Below, in pieces: positions 39,130-50,460 of a stretch of DNA of 64,000 bases. Numbering within the stretch: position 1 is the stretch's first letter; each line of letters begins with the position of its first letter. A model generated the notes under the pieces. It was not told where the DNA came from, ran no database searches, and worked only from the letters and a program-made list of their open reading frames with translations. Made by a program: the position numbers and the translations under genes. This DNA is from Felis catus (taxonomy: Eukaryota): contig NC_058368.1 in NCBI RefSeq assembly GCF_018350175.1, positions 24,616,001 through 24,680,000 of the forward strand. Reading direction: 5' to 3'.

Positions 39130-39470
39130 ATTTCTACTCCTGACAACCTTTTTAGATGGCCGGGAACATCTCATCTTGTGGTCTTTCTACTTGTTCCTCC
39201 TCCGGAAGAACATTTCTCAACATTCTTGAGTACCACTCCCTCCCTAACCCATTCCCTGTGGCCCTGCCTTATTTTCTTAATAGTACTGCGAGGAATTACC
39301 TGCTTGGCTGTCCAATTACTTTAGTTATCATCTGGCCCTCTTGCTCTCTCACTGCTTCTTAGAACACAAGTTCTAGGAAGGCAGACCCTGTTGTGTTTAC
39401 ACCGAATTTCCAATTTCTAGGCTAGCATCTGCCCCATAGTAGGCTCTCAATAAGTATTTGAATGACTGAA
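39130..39470 (+). mobile_element. L2 3' end
   Basis: CATAGTAGGCTCTCAATAAGTATTTGAATGACTGAAT. Confidence 0.7.
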
Positions 39471-40750
39471 TCCTTAGGTCAACCTGCCTTTCGCTTACTC
39501 TGTCATTTCTTATACTGCCTTCATTTGGGATCCCAAGAGCTGCTGTCTTCACAGCAGGTACGTGTAATTTTGAGTTCCCACCCGTCTCACCGTCCCCAGC
39601 TCTGCTGAGTCCATGCCAGGAGACCAGCATCACATCTCCTGAGCTCTAGGCTTTCCTTCTCGAAACTTGACAATCCAGACCTCTGCTTGAACGGCTAGTT
39701 TTGATACATAGCCTTGTTCTTACCACCAGTAGCTCTGCCTTCTTGACTTTGAGATCCCACTGAGGCCTCTGGCCTCCCTGGCCTGCACTATGCCTTCTCC
39801 CTCCCTTGTCCCACTCTTCCATCTTTTACCCTGTCCTCCTCATTCCAGCTCCTGCCCTTGCCGCCTGTGGTCCCAGGACTGCCATAGAGAAGCTAGCATC
39901 AAGGTCAGTGGCACTTTCAGCCTCTAATTTTAAATATGAAGGGCTTTCAGGGATCTCCCAGTAAGAATTTCAGTCAAGTACAACCCAGAGTATGTCAGTC
40001 AATAAACAGTCAATGGCGCCCGAGTCTCCTCCTTGAGAAAGAGTTTATTTTCCTAGGATGACTAATGTCGCCATTTTTTCCATATTCTTTTTTAAAAATG
40101 TGAAGTAAAACATGTACTCCAAAAATAAATGTATGAAACACATTTGCGTCATTTAATGAATAATTATCTAGCAAACAGCTATATAGCCGCCACCTGGATC
40201 AAGAAGTAGAACGTGACCCGCAATCACAAACTGCCCAGATGTAACCTGTCCCCAGCCCATCTCCTAATGAGAACCACTACACTGACTTCTGTGTTTATTT
40301 CATTTTTCTTTCTCTAACTATACCGCTTACGTATATATCCCTAAAAAATAGAGTTGAGTTTCATCAACTTTGAACTTTACATGGCTAGAAACAAAACATA
40401 TTTATCTTTTTATGTTTTCTCCTTTGGAGGTGAGTCTTTTCCATGAGAAAATTGTTCTTAAAACACATGCTCCTTTTTTTGTCATTCTGTCTGTACCAGC
40501 AGCATCTAGCAAGAATCATTATTGGTAAGTTTACCCTTTTCTCATTCTGGCCTTCTTTGGAATGTGACTTGCAGTTTCCAGACGGGGTTTACTGCTGTGT
40601 TTTCCAGACTGCTTGGTGGTAAGCCCAATTCCGGCGTCCAAACCCTAACTCTCTCCTAGCTGCCTACTGCCCACCCCTCAACCAAACAAAGAACATAAAA
40701 TCTTTTCTTATCTCTACATTTACACATTTGTAGTGGAGATGAAAATTCTT

Positions 40751-40791
40751 TTCTTTTTTTTTAGGGAGAGAGAGTGCACACAAGGCAGAAG

Positions 40792-40831
<40 letters not shown>

Positions 40832-40954
40832 CTTAAGCAGGCTCTATGCCCAGTACAAAGCCTGACATAGGGCTCAATCCCACGACTCTGCGATTATGAC
40901 CTGAGCCCAAATCAAGAGTTGGATGCTCAACTGACCGAGCCACCCAGGCTCCCC
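40751..40954 (-). mobile_element. Older Can-SINE (donor for the inverted duplication)
   Basis: Complete, with TSD GAG(A/G)TGAAAATTCTT at 40736-40750 and 40956-40970. Confidence 0.94.
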
Positions 40955-41173
40955 AGAGGTGAAAATTCTTAATGACTTGCACTGGAATATGGCCTGTAAA
41001 TATCCAAGCTCTTATTCTATAGAGAACCAGAAGGAGAATTACCGAGGCCGCTGTCCTGAAGCAGGAAGAGCATGTGGAAGATGTGGCCAGTCTTGGGTAA
41101 AAACAATCCATGTGGTGCAGCTAACACTAATCCTTTGTAAAGAGAAGTTTTATCTAGGGCCCCCAAAAGGGGA
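40862..41173 (+). repeat. Inverted duplication arm A (312 bp)
   Basis: Reverse complement of 43115-43426 with mismatches only at 40869, 40884, 40897, 41136. Confidence 0.97.
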
Positions 41174-41205
41174 CAAACTAACACACTGTGAAGTACCCCA
41201 ATTCT

Positions 41206-41418
41206 TTTTTTTTTTTTAAAGTTTATTTATTTTTTTGAGACAGAGAGACAGAGCATGAACGGGGGAGGGTCAGAGAGAGGGAGACACAGAATCAGAAACA
41301 GGCTCCAGGCTCTGAGCTGTCAGCACAGAGCCCGACGCGGGGCTCGAGCTCATGGACCACGAGATCATGACCTGAGCCGAAGTCGGCTGCCCAACCGACT
41401 GAGCCACCCAGGCGCCCC
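41206..41418 (-). mobile_element. Can-SINE
   Basis: Perfect TSD TGAAGTACCCCAATTCT (41189 / 41419). Confidence 0.96.
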
Positions 41419-41439
41419 TGAAGTACCCCAATTCTAAAG

Positions 41440-41795
41440 CACATTCCTATTGCCGAAAGAATATTGAGTACTCTCATTCTAGAATATAGCAACTTTTTCA
41501 AAATAGCGATATGAAGTCGTCTTTGGATGCAAGCTAAAGCTTTCGGAAAGCCAATTTGTGCAACAGTTTTGTAAATCAGGCCTGACTGTATTCTCTGCCT
41601 TGAAATGAGTCATGAAAGTCGTGTGCCTTGTTAGCGTTGTTCCACAGTTGGCTTTCTGACTCAGCAGTATCCCCCAGAACTGATTTATATGTTGGGAATG
41701 ATCATTCCGAGGCAAAGAATGAAAGAAGAGAAAAAAAAAAAAAACAAAACCACGTCTCGTTTTGGCCATCAAGTCAGAAGCCTCCACTGTGGTTC
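41440..41795. promoter_or_regulatory. Candidate AP-1/TEAD/RUNX enhancer
   Basis: CACATTCCT 41440, TGAGTCA 41606, TGACTCAGCA 41657, palindrome GGAATGATCATTCC 41695-41708, AACCAC 41748, TGTGGTT 41788. Confidence 0.45.
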
Positions 41796-41937
41796 TGAGA
41801 AATCGCATAAATCCACCTGCTGTGCTCATTCATAGTCTGCGCTTAGGTAGTTTGGCCCACTGTGCAGTGAGTTACAATGGGTTACATCAGCAGGTCCTGT
41901 CACTTACCCTTGCTCCCAGCTGCTGAGGTCTGAAGAG

Positions 41938-41939
<2 letters not shown>

Positions 41940-41977
<38 letters not shown>
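41940..41977. repeat. (GT)n microsatellite
   Basis: Perfect dinucleotide run. Confidence 0.98.
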
Positions 41978-41979
<2 letters not shown>

Positions 41980-42489
41980 TAACAAAAGGGAATCCTGCTG
42001 GTACATTTGAAAGGGGGATCTTAGCAAAATACTTACTGTTACTTTCAGGAGTAAGTTCTAGAAGCTCTGAATGCTCACGCCCACACACCCCAGGTGCCTC
42101 TGTGTTTCTACCCCTTGCACAGCAAAATAGTCCTTTCCCGGTAAAACAGAGCAAGAAAGAAAGGATGCGATTACTTTCACACAACCATTTGATGGCTATC
42201 AAATAGAGGAAAAAGGAGGAAATAAAACACAAAGTTGATGACAACCTCTTGGTGTTCAGGCCAGACTTCGTGGCAGGACCTTGCCTTCCCCGAGCGAAGT
42301 CCACCCGTGTGGCTCTGTGCTGAGAAAGACTGGGTGACTGCAAAAAGCAGTTGAAAACTGTCTGGGGACAGCCGCCAAGAGACAGGGTCCCACGGCTTCT
42401 GGGACCGGAAAGCCACATACACAAGAAATGAATGTGAAGATACTCTTCAACGAGTGAGTACAGGGTGTTCAGTTTGGGGTTGTTAATTT

Positions 42490-42708
42490 AAAAATTTTTT
42501 TAATGTTTTTATTTATTTTTGATACAGAGAGAGACAGAGCATGAGCAGGGGAAGGGGCAGAGAGAGGGGGAGACACAGAATCTGAAGCGGGCTCTAGGCT
42601 CTGAGCTGTCAGCACAGAGCCCAACGTGGGGCTCGAACTCACGGAGTGTGAGATCATGACCTGAGCTGAAGTCGGACGCTCAACCGACTGAACCACTTCA
42701 GGAGCCCC
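42490..42708 (-). mobile_element. Can-SINE
   Basis: TSD GG(G/T)TTGTTAATTT. Confidence 0.95.
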
Positions 42709-43074
42709 TGGGTTTGTTAATTTTATCTGTGCAACCCAGGAACACACCCCGAGTGGGGCTGGGAGGTGGTTCTGTTTTGTCCTCTCCTTGGCTGCCATCA
42801 TATGAAAGAAAGAAAAATCCTGGCACAAAGTGATTGGATGTCCTTCCTTGCCCCCTCCTGCGTCCTTCTCGTCCGTCCCTCATACAAAATTGCACTTGAT
42901 TTCCATTGGCTCTCTTTAAAATCTAGTCCATATAACCCCCCTCCCCCACATCGGCATCTAGCATGGCTTGGTACATGGGTCCTTCCAAGTGCTTTGCATA
43001 AGGATACTGAGATGTTCACAGTTATTAGTGGTCGTAATCAATTATTCTTGCCCTCAATGGGTCCTGATGAGGAG

Positions 43075-43462
43075 GAATAGAAGCGGAAAAATGTCCACCT
43101 CTAGTCCAAAGTCCTCCCCTTTTGGGGGCCCTAGATAAAACTTCTCTTTACGAAGGATTAGTGTTAGCTGCACCACATGGATTGTTTTTACCCAAGACTG
43201 GCCACATCTTCCACATGCTCTTCCTGCTTCAGGACAGCGGCCTCGGTAATTCTCCTTCTGGTTCTCTATAGAATAAGAGCTTGGATATTTACAGGCCATA
43301 TTCCAGTGCAAGTCATTAAGAATTTTCACCTCTGGGGAGCCTGGGTGGCTCGGTCAGTTGAGCATCCAACTCTTGATTTGGGCTCAGGTCGTAATCGCAG
43401 AGTAGTGGGATTGAGCCCCATGTCAGAATAGAAGCAGGAAAATGTTCACCTTTAGTCCAGAG
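43075..43462 (+). repeat. 37-bp imperfect direct repeat (43075-43111 / 43426-43462) bracketing arm B
   Basis: GAATAGAAGCGGAAAAATGTCCACCTCTAGTCCAAAG vs GAATAGAAGCAGGAAAATGTTCACCTTTAGTCCAGAG, 32/37 identical. Confidence 0.9.
43115..43426 (-). repeat. Inverted duplication arm B (312 bp; includes a tail-less SINE 5' part at 43334-43426)
   Basis: 308/312 identical to the reverse complement of 40862-41173. Confidence 0.97.
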
Positions 43463-44467
43463 AGTGGGCCTATAGCCTGCCTAGTTTTAATAAGGCTCAA
43501 ATATATGCTGGTTGCTACGTTCTTAAAGGGCCTCATGACTGCCTGTATATCTCATCAAACTGACTTAATATCGAACTGACTGATAAACACCAGAGAAATC
43601 TTGTGAAAGTAGTTTTCTGAGTAGAAATTCGAAGAAGACATTAATGATCTCATGTTCCCTCCACGTCCCCTCCCCCTTGAGCACTAAGCGTATAACCCCC
43701 AGGTTCACATAGCAAGTGCAGCCCTTTCTGCCCAGGGGTCCTGTCCCCATGCTACTTGAATAAACTTACTAAGTTGCATCATGACACATCTCAAGGATTC
43801 TTTCTTGACTGTCGCTCTCAAGGATCCCACCACACTAAGACGAGCAGTGAGCAGTAGGTCTCTCAGAAACCCATCCCCGAGAGCCAGGCAGAGCTCACAG
43901 CTGGGGTGGCAGGGAATGACGGGTGGCATAGGCCAGGAGTGTGGCTGGCTCGGGACAAATCTGTGCAATGCAAGAAAAACATTTTTGCTGGAAGAGAATC
44001 AGGTGACACCTGACCTTTGAGAATAAAACAAAGAGCTGGGCACGTTTCGGATTTATGGGAGGAGTTTACATTAAAATTCGTTTGAATATCGCTTGCATGC
44101 AGCTGTAAATACAGATCTCCTCTCAAATTAGAATTCATTTGTCTACAACTCAGCGCGGCCAAGGGGAGTAGTGATACTTTGTAGGGGTTTAGTGTATTGG
44201 GGGACAAATCATTCATTCATAAGCAGGGTTTTTACTTCTTTAGGATCCTCTGGGGATAGGTGAGTGAACAAGTAAATACAGGAATCAAGGTAATGCACCA
44301 AGTGTTTGTCTCAGAAGTGGTGAGAAAAACAAAGGTTTAAAGTCCTTATTTGCTGTCATTTCTTACAAATCTGCCATGCCAGATATTTAAACCACCAAGG
44401 TGTTCTTCGGTGTCTAACTAGATAAATAGAGCTTGTCCCGCCTTTTGAACTAAAAAAGTAAATTGTA

Positions 44468-44664
44468 GAGGTGCGTGGCTGGCTCAGTTGGTGAAACCTC
44501 TGACTTCCACTGAGGTCATGACCTCAAAGTTAGTGAGTTTGAGCCCTGCATCAGGCTCTTGACTTTCAGCCCAGAGCTCACTTCAGATCCTCTGTCTCCC
44601 TCTCTCGCTGCCCCTCCTCTGCTCTGTCTCTTTCTCTTTCAAAAATGAATAAACATTTTTTTTT
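44468..44664 (+). mobile_element. Can-SINE
   Basis: TSD TAAAAAAGTAAATTGT. Confidence 0.93.
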
Positions 44665-44923
44665 AAAAAAGTAAATTGTGTCCCCAGGAAGATAATATAT
44701 GTGAGGCAGTACCTGAGATGCATTTCTTTCCTTTCAATAAAAGGGAGCCCTGCGATGGAATAATAATTTTATCATCTGAAGCATTGAGTGTTGGTTAAAT
44801 AAATTATGGATCAGCCATGCAATGGGCTATGACAGTCACTCAAAATCAGGTTTTTTTGGAAAGACATTTCATGAATTGTGGAAATGCTGATGCTACCTTA
44901 TTTTTAAAATCGGGACTATGCTA

Positions 44924-45133
44924 GAGTACCTGGGTGGCTCAGTCGGTTGGGTGTCCGACTTCAGCTCAGGTCATGATCTCACAGTTTGTGAGTTCAAGCC
45001 CCGCGTCGGGCTCTGTGCTGACAGCTCAGAGCCTGGAGCCCGCTTCGAATTCTGTGTCTCCCTCTCTCTCTGACCCTCCCCCGTTCATGCTCTGTCTGTC
45101 TCTGTCTCAAAAATAAATAAACATTAAAAAAAA
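44924..45133 (+). mobile_element. Can-SINE (first of tandem trio)
   Basis: Full body and tail. Confidence 0.95.
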
Positions 45134-45138
45134 TTATA

Positions 45139-45340
45139 GGGGCGCCTGAGTGGCGCAGTCGGTTAAGTGTCCGACTTCAGCCAGGTCACAATCTCGCGGT
45201 CCGTGAGTTCGAGCCCGCGTCAGGCTCTGGGCTGATGGCTCCTGTTTCCGATTCTGTGTCTCCCTCTCTCTGTGCCCCTCCCCCGTTCATGCTCTGTCTC
45301 TCTCTCTGTCCCAAAAATAAATAAACGTTGGAAAAAAAAA
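45139..45340 (+). mobile_element. Young felid Can-SINE with small internal deletion
   Basis: GATGGCT joins directly to CCTGTTTCCG; flanked by AAAAAAAATTA. Confidence 0.95.
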
Positions 45341-45344
45341 ATTA

Positions 45345-45533
45345 GGGATGCCTGGGTCGCTCAGTTGGTTAAGCATCCAATTCTTGATTTCAGCTCAGGT
45401 CATGATCTTATGGCTTCATGGGTTCAAGCCCCACATTGGGCTCTGTCCTGGCAGCATGGAGCCTGCTTGGGATTTTCTCTCTCCCTCCCTAGCTGCCCTT
45501 CCCCGACTTGTGCTGTCTCTGTCTCTCTCAAAA

Positions 45534-45576
<43 letters not shown>

Positions 45577-45585
45577 ACTTAAAAA
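45345..45585 (+). mobile_element. Can-SINE with (TAAA)n tail
   Basis: GGGATGCCTGGGTCGCTCAG head. Confidence 0.93.
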
Positions 45586-46460
45586 GATTTTTTGAGTTGA
45601 AAAATGTTTGGATTATGCTTTATATACAGGTGGTTTTCTATTTTGTAATATATGTGTGTGTACATATACCTATATACCATATATGTGCATATACATGCAA
45701 AAAGACAAAGGAAATACACCAAAATATTAAGAATTGTTGTCTATAAGTTATAGGATTATGTCTGATTTAGAAATTGAGTAATTTTTCCATTCCAACTAGC
45801 CTACAATAAATATATTTTACTTAAAATCAGAAAAAAAAAAAACCGCATTTTTAACATTTTCAAGAATTGTGAGTCCCAAAGTGTCCAATCTGTTTTCTGG
45901 AACATTCACAAATACGATTAAAATAGATGTAGATAAGGCCAGGAAGATAAAGGCGTTCATCTTGCGAACTATTTACTTTGTTTCCTTGGCCACACGCTTC
46001 CCCAAATCTGCAGAACTGTCTCTGATAACTGCTGGAGAGGCAGCTCAAGATCCTTTCCTTCAGCAGGTCATCATCGCCCAGAGGGAAGTGGTGCCCGAGA
46101 GGAACCTGAAGATGCTTGCTTGTTTACAACGCCGTTCACCACCCTCTCCGACAGGTGGAAGGCCATGTGCTGGGGTTGCGGGGACTCTGCCCAGGAGGTC
46201 TGGAGGCCTCAGTTCTGGCCCCGGCTCTGACTTGCACACACCGCGTGGGTTTAGACAGGAAAGGCACAGACCTGATGACCCTACATTCTACTCTAGCTCT
46301 CCCTGGACCCACATGAAGGAATGAAGAACCCTGGAAATGGAGACTACATGGAGAAATACGTGGCATTATACGGGCAAATAGGAGACTTTCTTTCTTATGA
46401 TTCAGGTATCTTTAAAAGATAATCAGTTGTATAAAGCAAAGCGAGGACAGCACTAAAGAT

Positions 46461-46618
46461 TCATATTTGTCTATTTAATTTTCATAGTTGCTCTATTTGA
46501 AGTAGGTACTCTTATCATGTGCACTTTACAGATGAACAGACTAAGGCTGGGAGCTGAAATATCTTGCCCAAGGTCAAATAAACATATCACTTATATTCTA
46601 TTGCTTTATGCCATTGAC
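46461..46618 (+). repeat. Old local duplicate copy 1 (truncated MIR plus flank)
   Basis: Shares several blocks with 48599-48760. Confidence 0.7.
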
Positions 46619-47211
46619 ACAGTACACAGTTCTCTTGCTGGAAGTATGTGGAAGGGAGGAAAAAAATATATTGAGTAATTACTATATTTAGCCGCTTAAA
46701 CAAATGCCTCTTTGTTCAGACAAAAAGGTATTTATTGGGGCATATTACCATGTTACTCATAAGTCTAAATATGAAAGTCTATAAAAAAGAATGTCTGATT
46801 CACTGAAAGGGAAATGATCCAAGATCTGATAGAGAAGGATCAGTTAAGTTTTATGAGAATTTAGATGACAAGCAACTGGCTTTTTAGGGCAGTAACTGGA
46901 GAGGAGAGAACAACACTGTAAGAGAATCTTTGTGTTTTATATTATGTCATTTATAACTTCCATTTAGATTAGGCAAGAAATGGATACAGGATAACTAGCA
47001 TCTGTTTCTCTCCCCCACCAAGTATAATGTTATTCAAGGAAAAGAATTTAAAAGAATACTCATTTTAAATGTATTCAGTAAGTTTGATGGTAGAAATTTC
47101 TATGACTGGACTTGAGCCTTTCAGAAGACCTCAAGCAGTACACAGGTTCATGAAACAATGTATAGATTTTTCTCCCGATTCAATAGGATCAATGGGGACC
47201 AGGGAAAACTA

Positions 47212-47215
<4 letters not shown>

Positions 47216-47250
<35 letters not shown>
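47216..47250. repeat. (GT)n microsatellite
   Basis: Perfect run. Confidence 0.98.
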
Positions 47251-47252
<2 letters not shown>

Positions 47253-47311
47253 TGTGTAGGGTTAGTGAAACAAGAAACTAACAGAAGTTTGTTTAAAAAA
47301 ACTAACATTTT

Positions 47312-47536
47312 GGGGTGCCCGGGTGGCTCAGTCGGTTAAGCATCTGACTTGGGCTCAGGTCATGATCTCAGGGTTCGTGAGTTAGAGCCTCGCATTGGGC
47401 TCCGTGCTGATAGCTCGGAGCCTGGAGCCTACTTCAGGTTCTGTGTCTCCCTCTCTCTTGCCCATCCCCCACTCATACTCACGCTCTCTCTCTCTCTCTC
47501 TCTCTCTCAAGAATAAATATCCATTAAACAAAACTT
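47312..47536 (+). mobile_element. Can-SINE
   Basis: TSD AAAAAAACT(A/G)ACATTT. Confidence 0.95.
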
Positions 47537-47606
47537 AAAAAAACTGACATTTATTAAGTTCTTATCATCTATAAGAAATGTACCACACATATTTTTAAAC
47601 ATTATC

Positions 47607-48455
47607 TGTAATGTACTGGTTTCTAAGGAATACAACTTTTGGCCATTCAGATGGCCGAATATTTCTTAGATACATTTGGTCTTCATCCACAGTTCCTAAA
47701 AGTGCTTCAGAGCCATACGGGTGAAATGGGTGTCTTGTTATTAATGAATGTGACTTTTGGACCCACGAAAGGTGGGGGAGGCTCTGGTTGCCAGGAGGAT
47801 GAACCATGCGATTAAAGGTTTGGAACTTTTAGGTCCCCTGGACCTCAGAGAAGGGAGTGCTGGAGGTTGAATCAGCCAATAGCCCATGACTTAGTCAATC
47901 ATGGTTATGTAATGGAGCCCCCATTAAAAACCCAAAAGGATAGCTTTTTGGTCTTTTTCAGAGAGTTTCTACACTCGGGAAACCAGAATGCTTCCTCAGG
48001 CCACCTAACCAGTCCCCAGACTCCATGAGGACAGAGGTCCTTTGTTCAGGACATCACCCTGTGCACCTGTTCCTCTGGCTATTCATTTGTATCCTTATCA
48101 CATCCTTCCACAAACTGGTAAATATGAGGCAGTGTTTCCCTGAGTTCCGTGAGTAGCTCTAGTAAAGAAATGGAACCTAAGGAATAAGTCATGGGAACCT
48201 CTCAGCTGTAGCCAGTTGGTCAGAAGCACAGGTAGTGGCCTGGGGCTTGAGACTGGCATCTGGAGTGGGGGTGGGTGCTGAGGGCAGTCTTGTGGGACTG
48301 AGCCCTTAGCCTGTGGAAGGTGATGTCATCTCCGGGTACAGAGTGTCAGAATTGAGTTGGATTCTTGGACACCCTGCTGGTGTCTGAGAATTTCTTGGTG
48401 GTGTATGTAGGGAAACCTGCCCCATGTTGCAGCTGGGCCTAAGAACTCTAAAATA
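47607..48455 (+). mobile_element. Solo LTR, MER21-like
   Basis: TG start; CTGGTTGCCAGGAGGATGAACCATGCGATT; TCAATCATGGTTATGTAATGGAGCC; GTTGGTCAGAAGCACAGGT; TGTCAGAATTGAGTTG. Confidence 0.8.
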
Positions 48456-48598
48456 TCATCCTATTTAATCTTCATAAAATCTTATATAATAGGTGTTAGT
48501 ATCCTTTTTTACAGATAGGGAAAGTAAGTTTTAATGAAGTGATCAGCACTATTAATAAATAATGTTCTAAGCATTTATTATAGAAGTTGTACTATGTG

Positions 48599-48760
48599 TC
48601 ATATTTCTGTGTTAATCTTCATAATCACTACTTTGAAGTAGATACTCTTATCATGTAGCACGCTTCACAAAGAAGCAAACTGAGACTTAGAGACCCTAAA
48701 TATCTTGCCCAATGTCAAATAAACACTCTTCATTGATACTATTGCTTTGTGTCCTTGATA
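48599..48760 (+). repeat. Old local duplicate copy 2 (truncated MIR plus flank)
   Basis: Shares several blocks with 46461-46618. Confidence 0.7.
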
Positions 48761-49109
48761 GAGTCCAAAAATTAGTCCCCATTCGTCCCTAGCATATCTG
48801 TGAGGGGTATATACCAACACCAATGGCAAATGTTGGCAAGTTACATTTTCATTTGTGATAATCTGTAAAAGGCTGGCAAAAAGAAGTTCCCATGTCTTCA
48901 AATCGGCATCTCAGTCTATCAGGGAGGGGTGCCTACTTTTCCTTAGTTTCCATGAGATGCTTGGGGCACTTGGAAGCTTAGATGTTGGGAGTCAGGAAGA
49001 GTCTGATTGAACATGAAATGTTTGGGGCATGGTCCTTAAGGAATATGAGTGTAGGGCCAAACCAGACAGTAGCTTTGCTGCACGAGAGAGCTATGATTAT
49101 CACACCAAT

Positions 49110-49325
49110 AGGTGACTTCTCCATGCCAGCCCTGGGTCTGGCACGTCCAACCCTACGTGCTACACGTTATTGGCATCCTGTCCATTTTACAAAGAAGGGA
49201 ACTAGGGCTCAAGAAGTATCTTGCCCAAGGCGTGCAGCTGGTAAGTGGCAAAGAGATGGGAAGGTTCCCATCTGGCTGGGGTGTCTGGCTGGGATGTCTG
49301 GCTGGGAATTCCCACGCTAAACTCA
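49110..49325 (-). mobile_element. MIR
   Basis: CCATTTTACAAAGAAGGGAACTAGGGCTCA...CTTGCCCAAGG...GCTGGTAAGTGGCA. Confidence 0.75.
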
Positions 49326-49623
49326 GATCCGTCTTATTGTCCTCTTTCCTGATAGAATAATAATCCAGAGTAAAATTGCACAAATGGTGGTCTCGGGTCT
49401 TATTTAAAGACTTGCCTGGAACTACCAACCTTTCACGTCAGTAGGCTACTCTTAAGTCTGACTGCACGTTGCCTGCTGCAAAAGGTTTGAGAAAGACAAA
49501 ATCATTGCTCCTGTGGCTGGGAGGTCACGTGACCCCAAATGATGCTGACAACTTCATCAGGAGCACTCTGCACTGACAGCCAGTTTTCTTTCTAGGCTGC
49601 TGTCCTTTTAGGAGGATTCTAAA

Positions 49624-49835
49624 CTTATTTTTCAACGTTTATTTATTTTTGGGACAGAGAGAGACAGAGCATGAACGGGGGAGGGGCAGAGAGAGAGGGA
49701 GACACAGAATCGGAAACAGCCTCCAGGCTCTGAGCCATCAGCCCAGAGCCTGACGCGGGGCTCGAACTCCCGGACCGCGAGATCGTGACCTGGCTGAAGT
49801 CGGACGCTTAACCGACTGCGCCACCCAGGCGCCCC
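49624..49835 (-). mobile_element. Young felid Can-SINE, very short tail
   Basis: Perfect TSD AGGAGGATTCTAAA (49610-49623 / 49837-49850). Confidence 0.97.
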
Positions 49836-49959
49836 GAGGAGGATTCTAAAAGCACGGCTGAGGCCTCTTTTTTGTTCTCTCTTTATAAATCATTAGTTGG
49901 AAAAGGGTCTGGTATTTTGCAGTTGTAACGCATCCACAAAATGAACACAAAATTTAGGG

Positions 49960-49963
<4 letters not shown>

Positions 49964-49998
<35 letters not shown>
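49964..49998. repeat. (TG)n microsatellite
   Basis: Perfect run. Confidence 0.98.
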
Positions 49999-50000
<2 letters not shown>

Positions 50001-50224
50001 TGTTTGAGCCCATCTGAAGAGTCTTTCACAATACTTTGTAAATCTCTAATAAATACAAACTGTAGCTAATATAAAAGACTAGATTGTAGGTGTTATTGAA
50101 TATATTATTTCAAATACCAATCTTATCTTTTATGGTTAGTACTTCCCATGTCCCCATTAAGTAATTTTTACTCACCTCCAGGTCACCAAGGCATTCTATG
50201 TGCTTTTTAAAGATTAAGTGTTTT

Positions 50225-50460
50225 TACTGTTCCACCTTTCACATTAAGGTCTGTGATCCCTCTCAAATTAATTTTTGTGTATTGTGTGAAGTAAAGGTCA
50301 AGGTTCAGTTATAGTCCATATGGTGTCAAATTGCCCAAGCACCATTTATATTGAAAGGATCATCTTTCCCCCACTGAATTGCACTCGTTTCTTTGTTGCC
50401 AAACAAGTGGCCATGTATCTGAGTCTATTCAAACTCTCTCTTCTATTCTAGTGATCTCTT
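50225..50460 (-). mobile_element. Old L1M fragment
   Basis: TTCACATTAAGGTCTGTGATCC...AATTAATTTTTGTGTA...GCACCATTT. Confidence 0.75.

Noticed and set aside
40959..43329. Two near-identical ORF pairs (86/91 aa and 92/84 aa) that look like duplicated genes
   Set aside because: By-products of the 312-bp inverted duplication; non-ATG or weak starts, partly SINE-derived, no splice or domain support.
45869..46324. 151-aa ORF in unique DNA
   Set aside because: GTG start, no recognisable homology or exon structure; within chance expectation.
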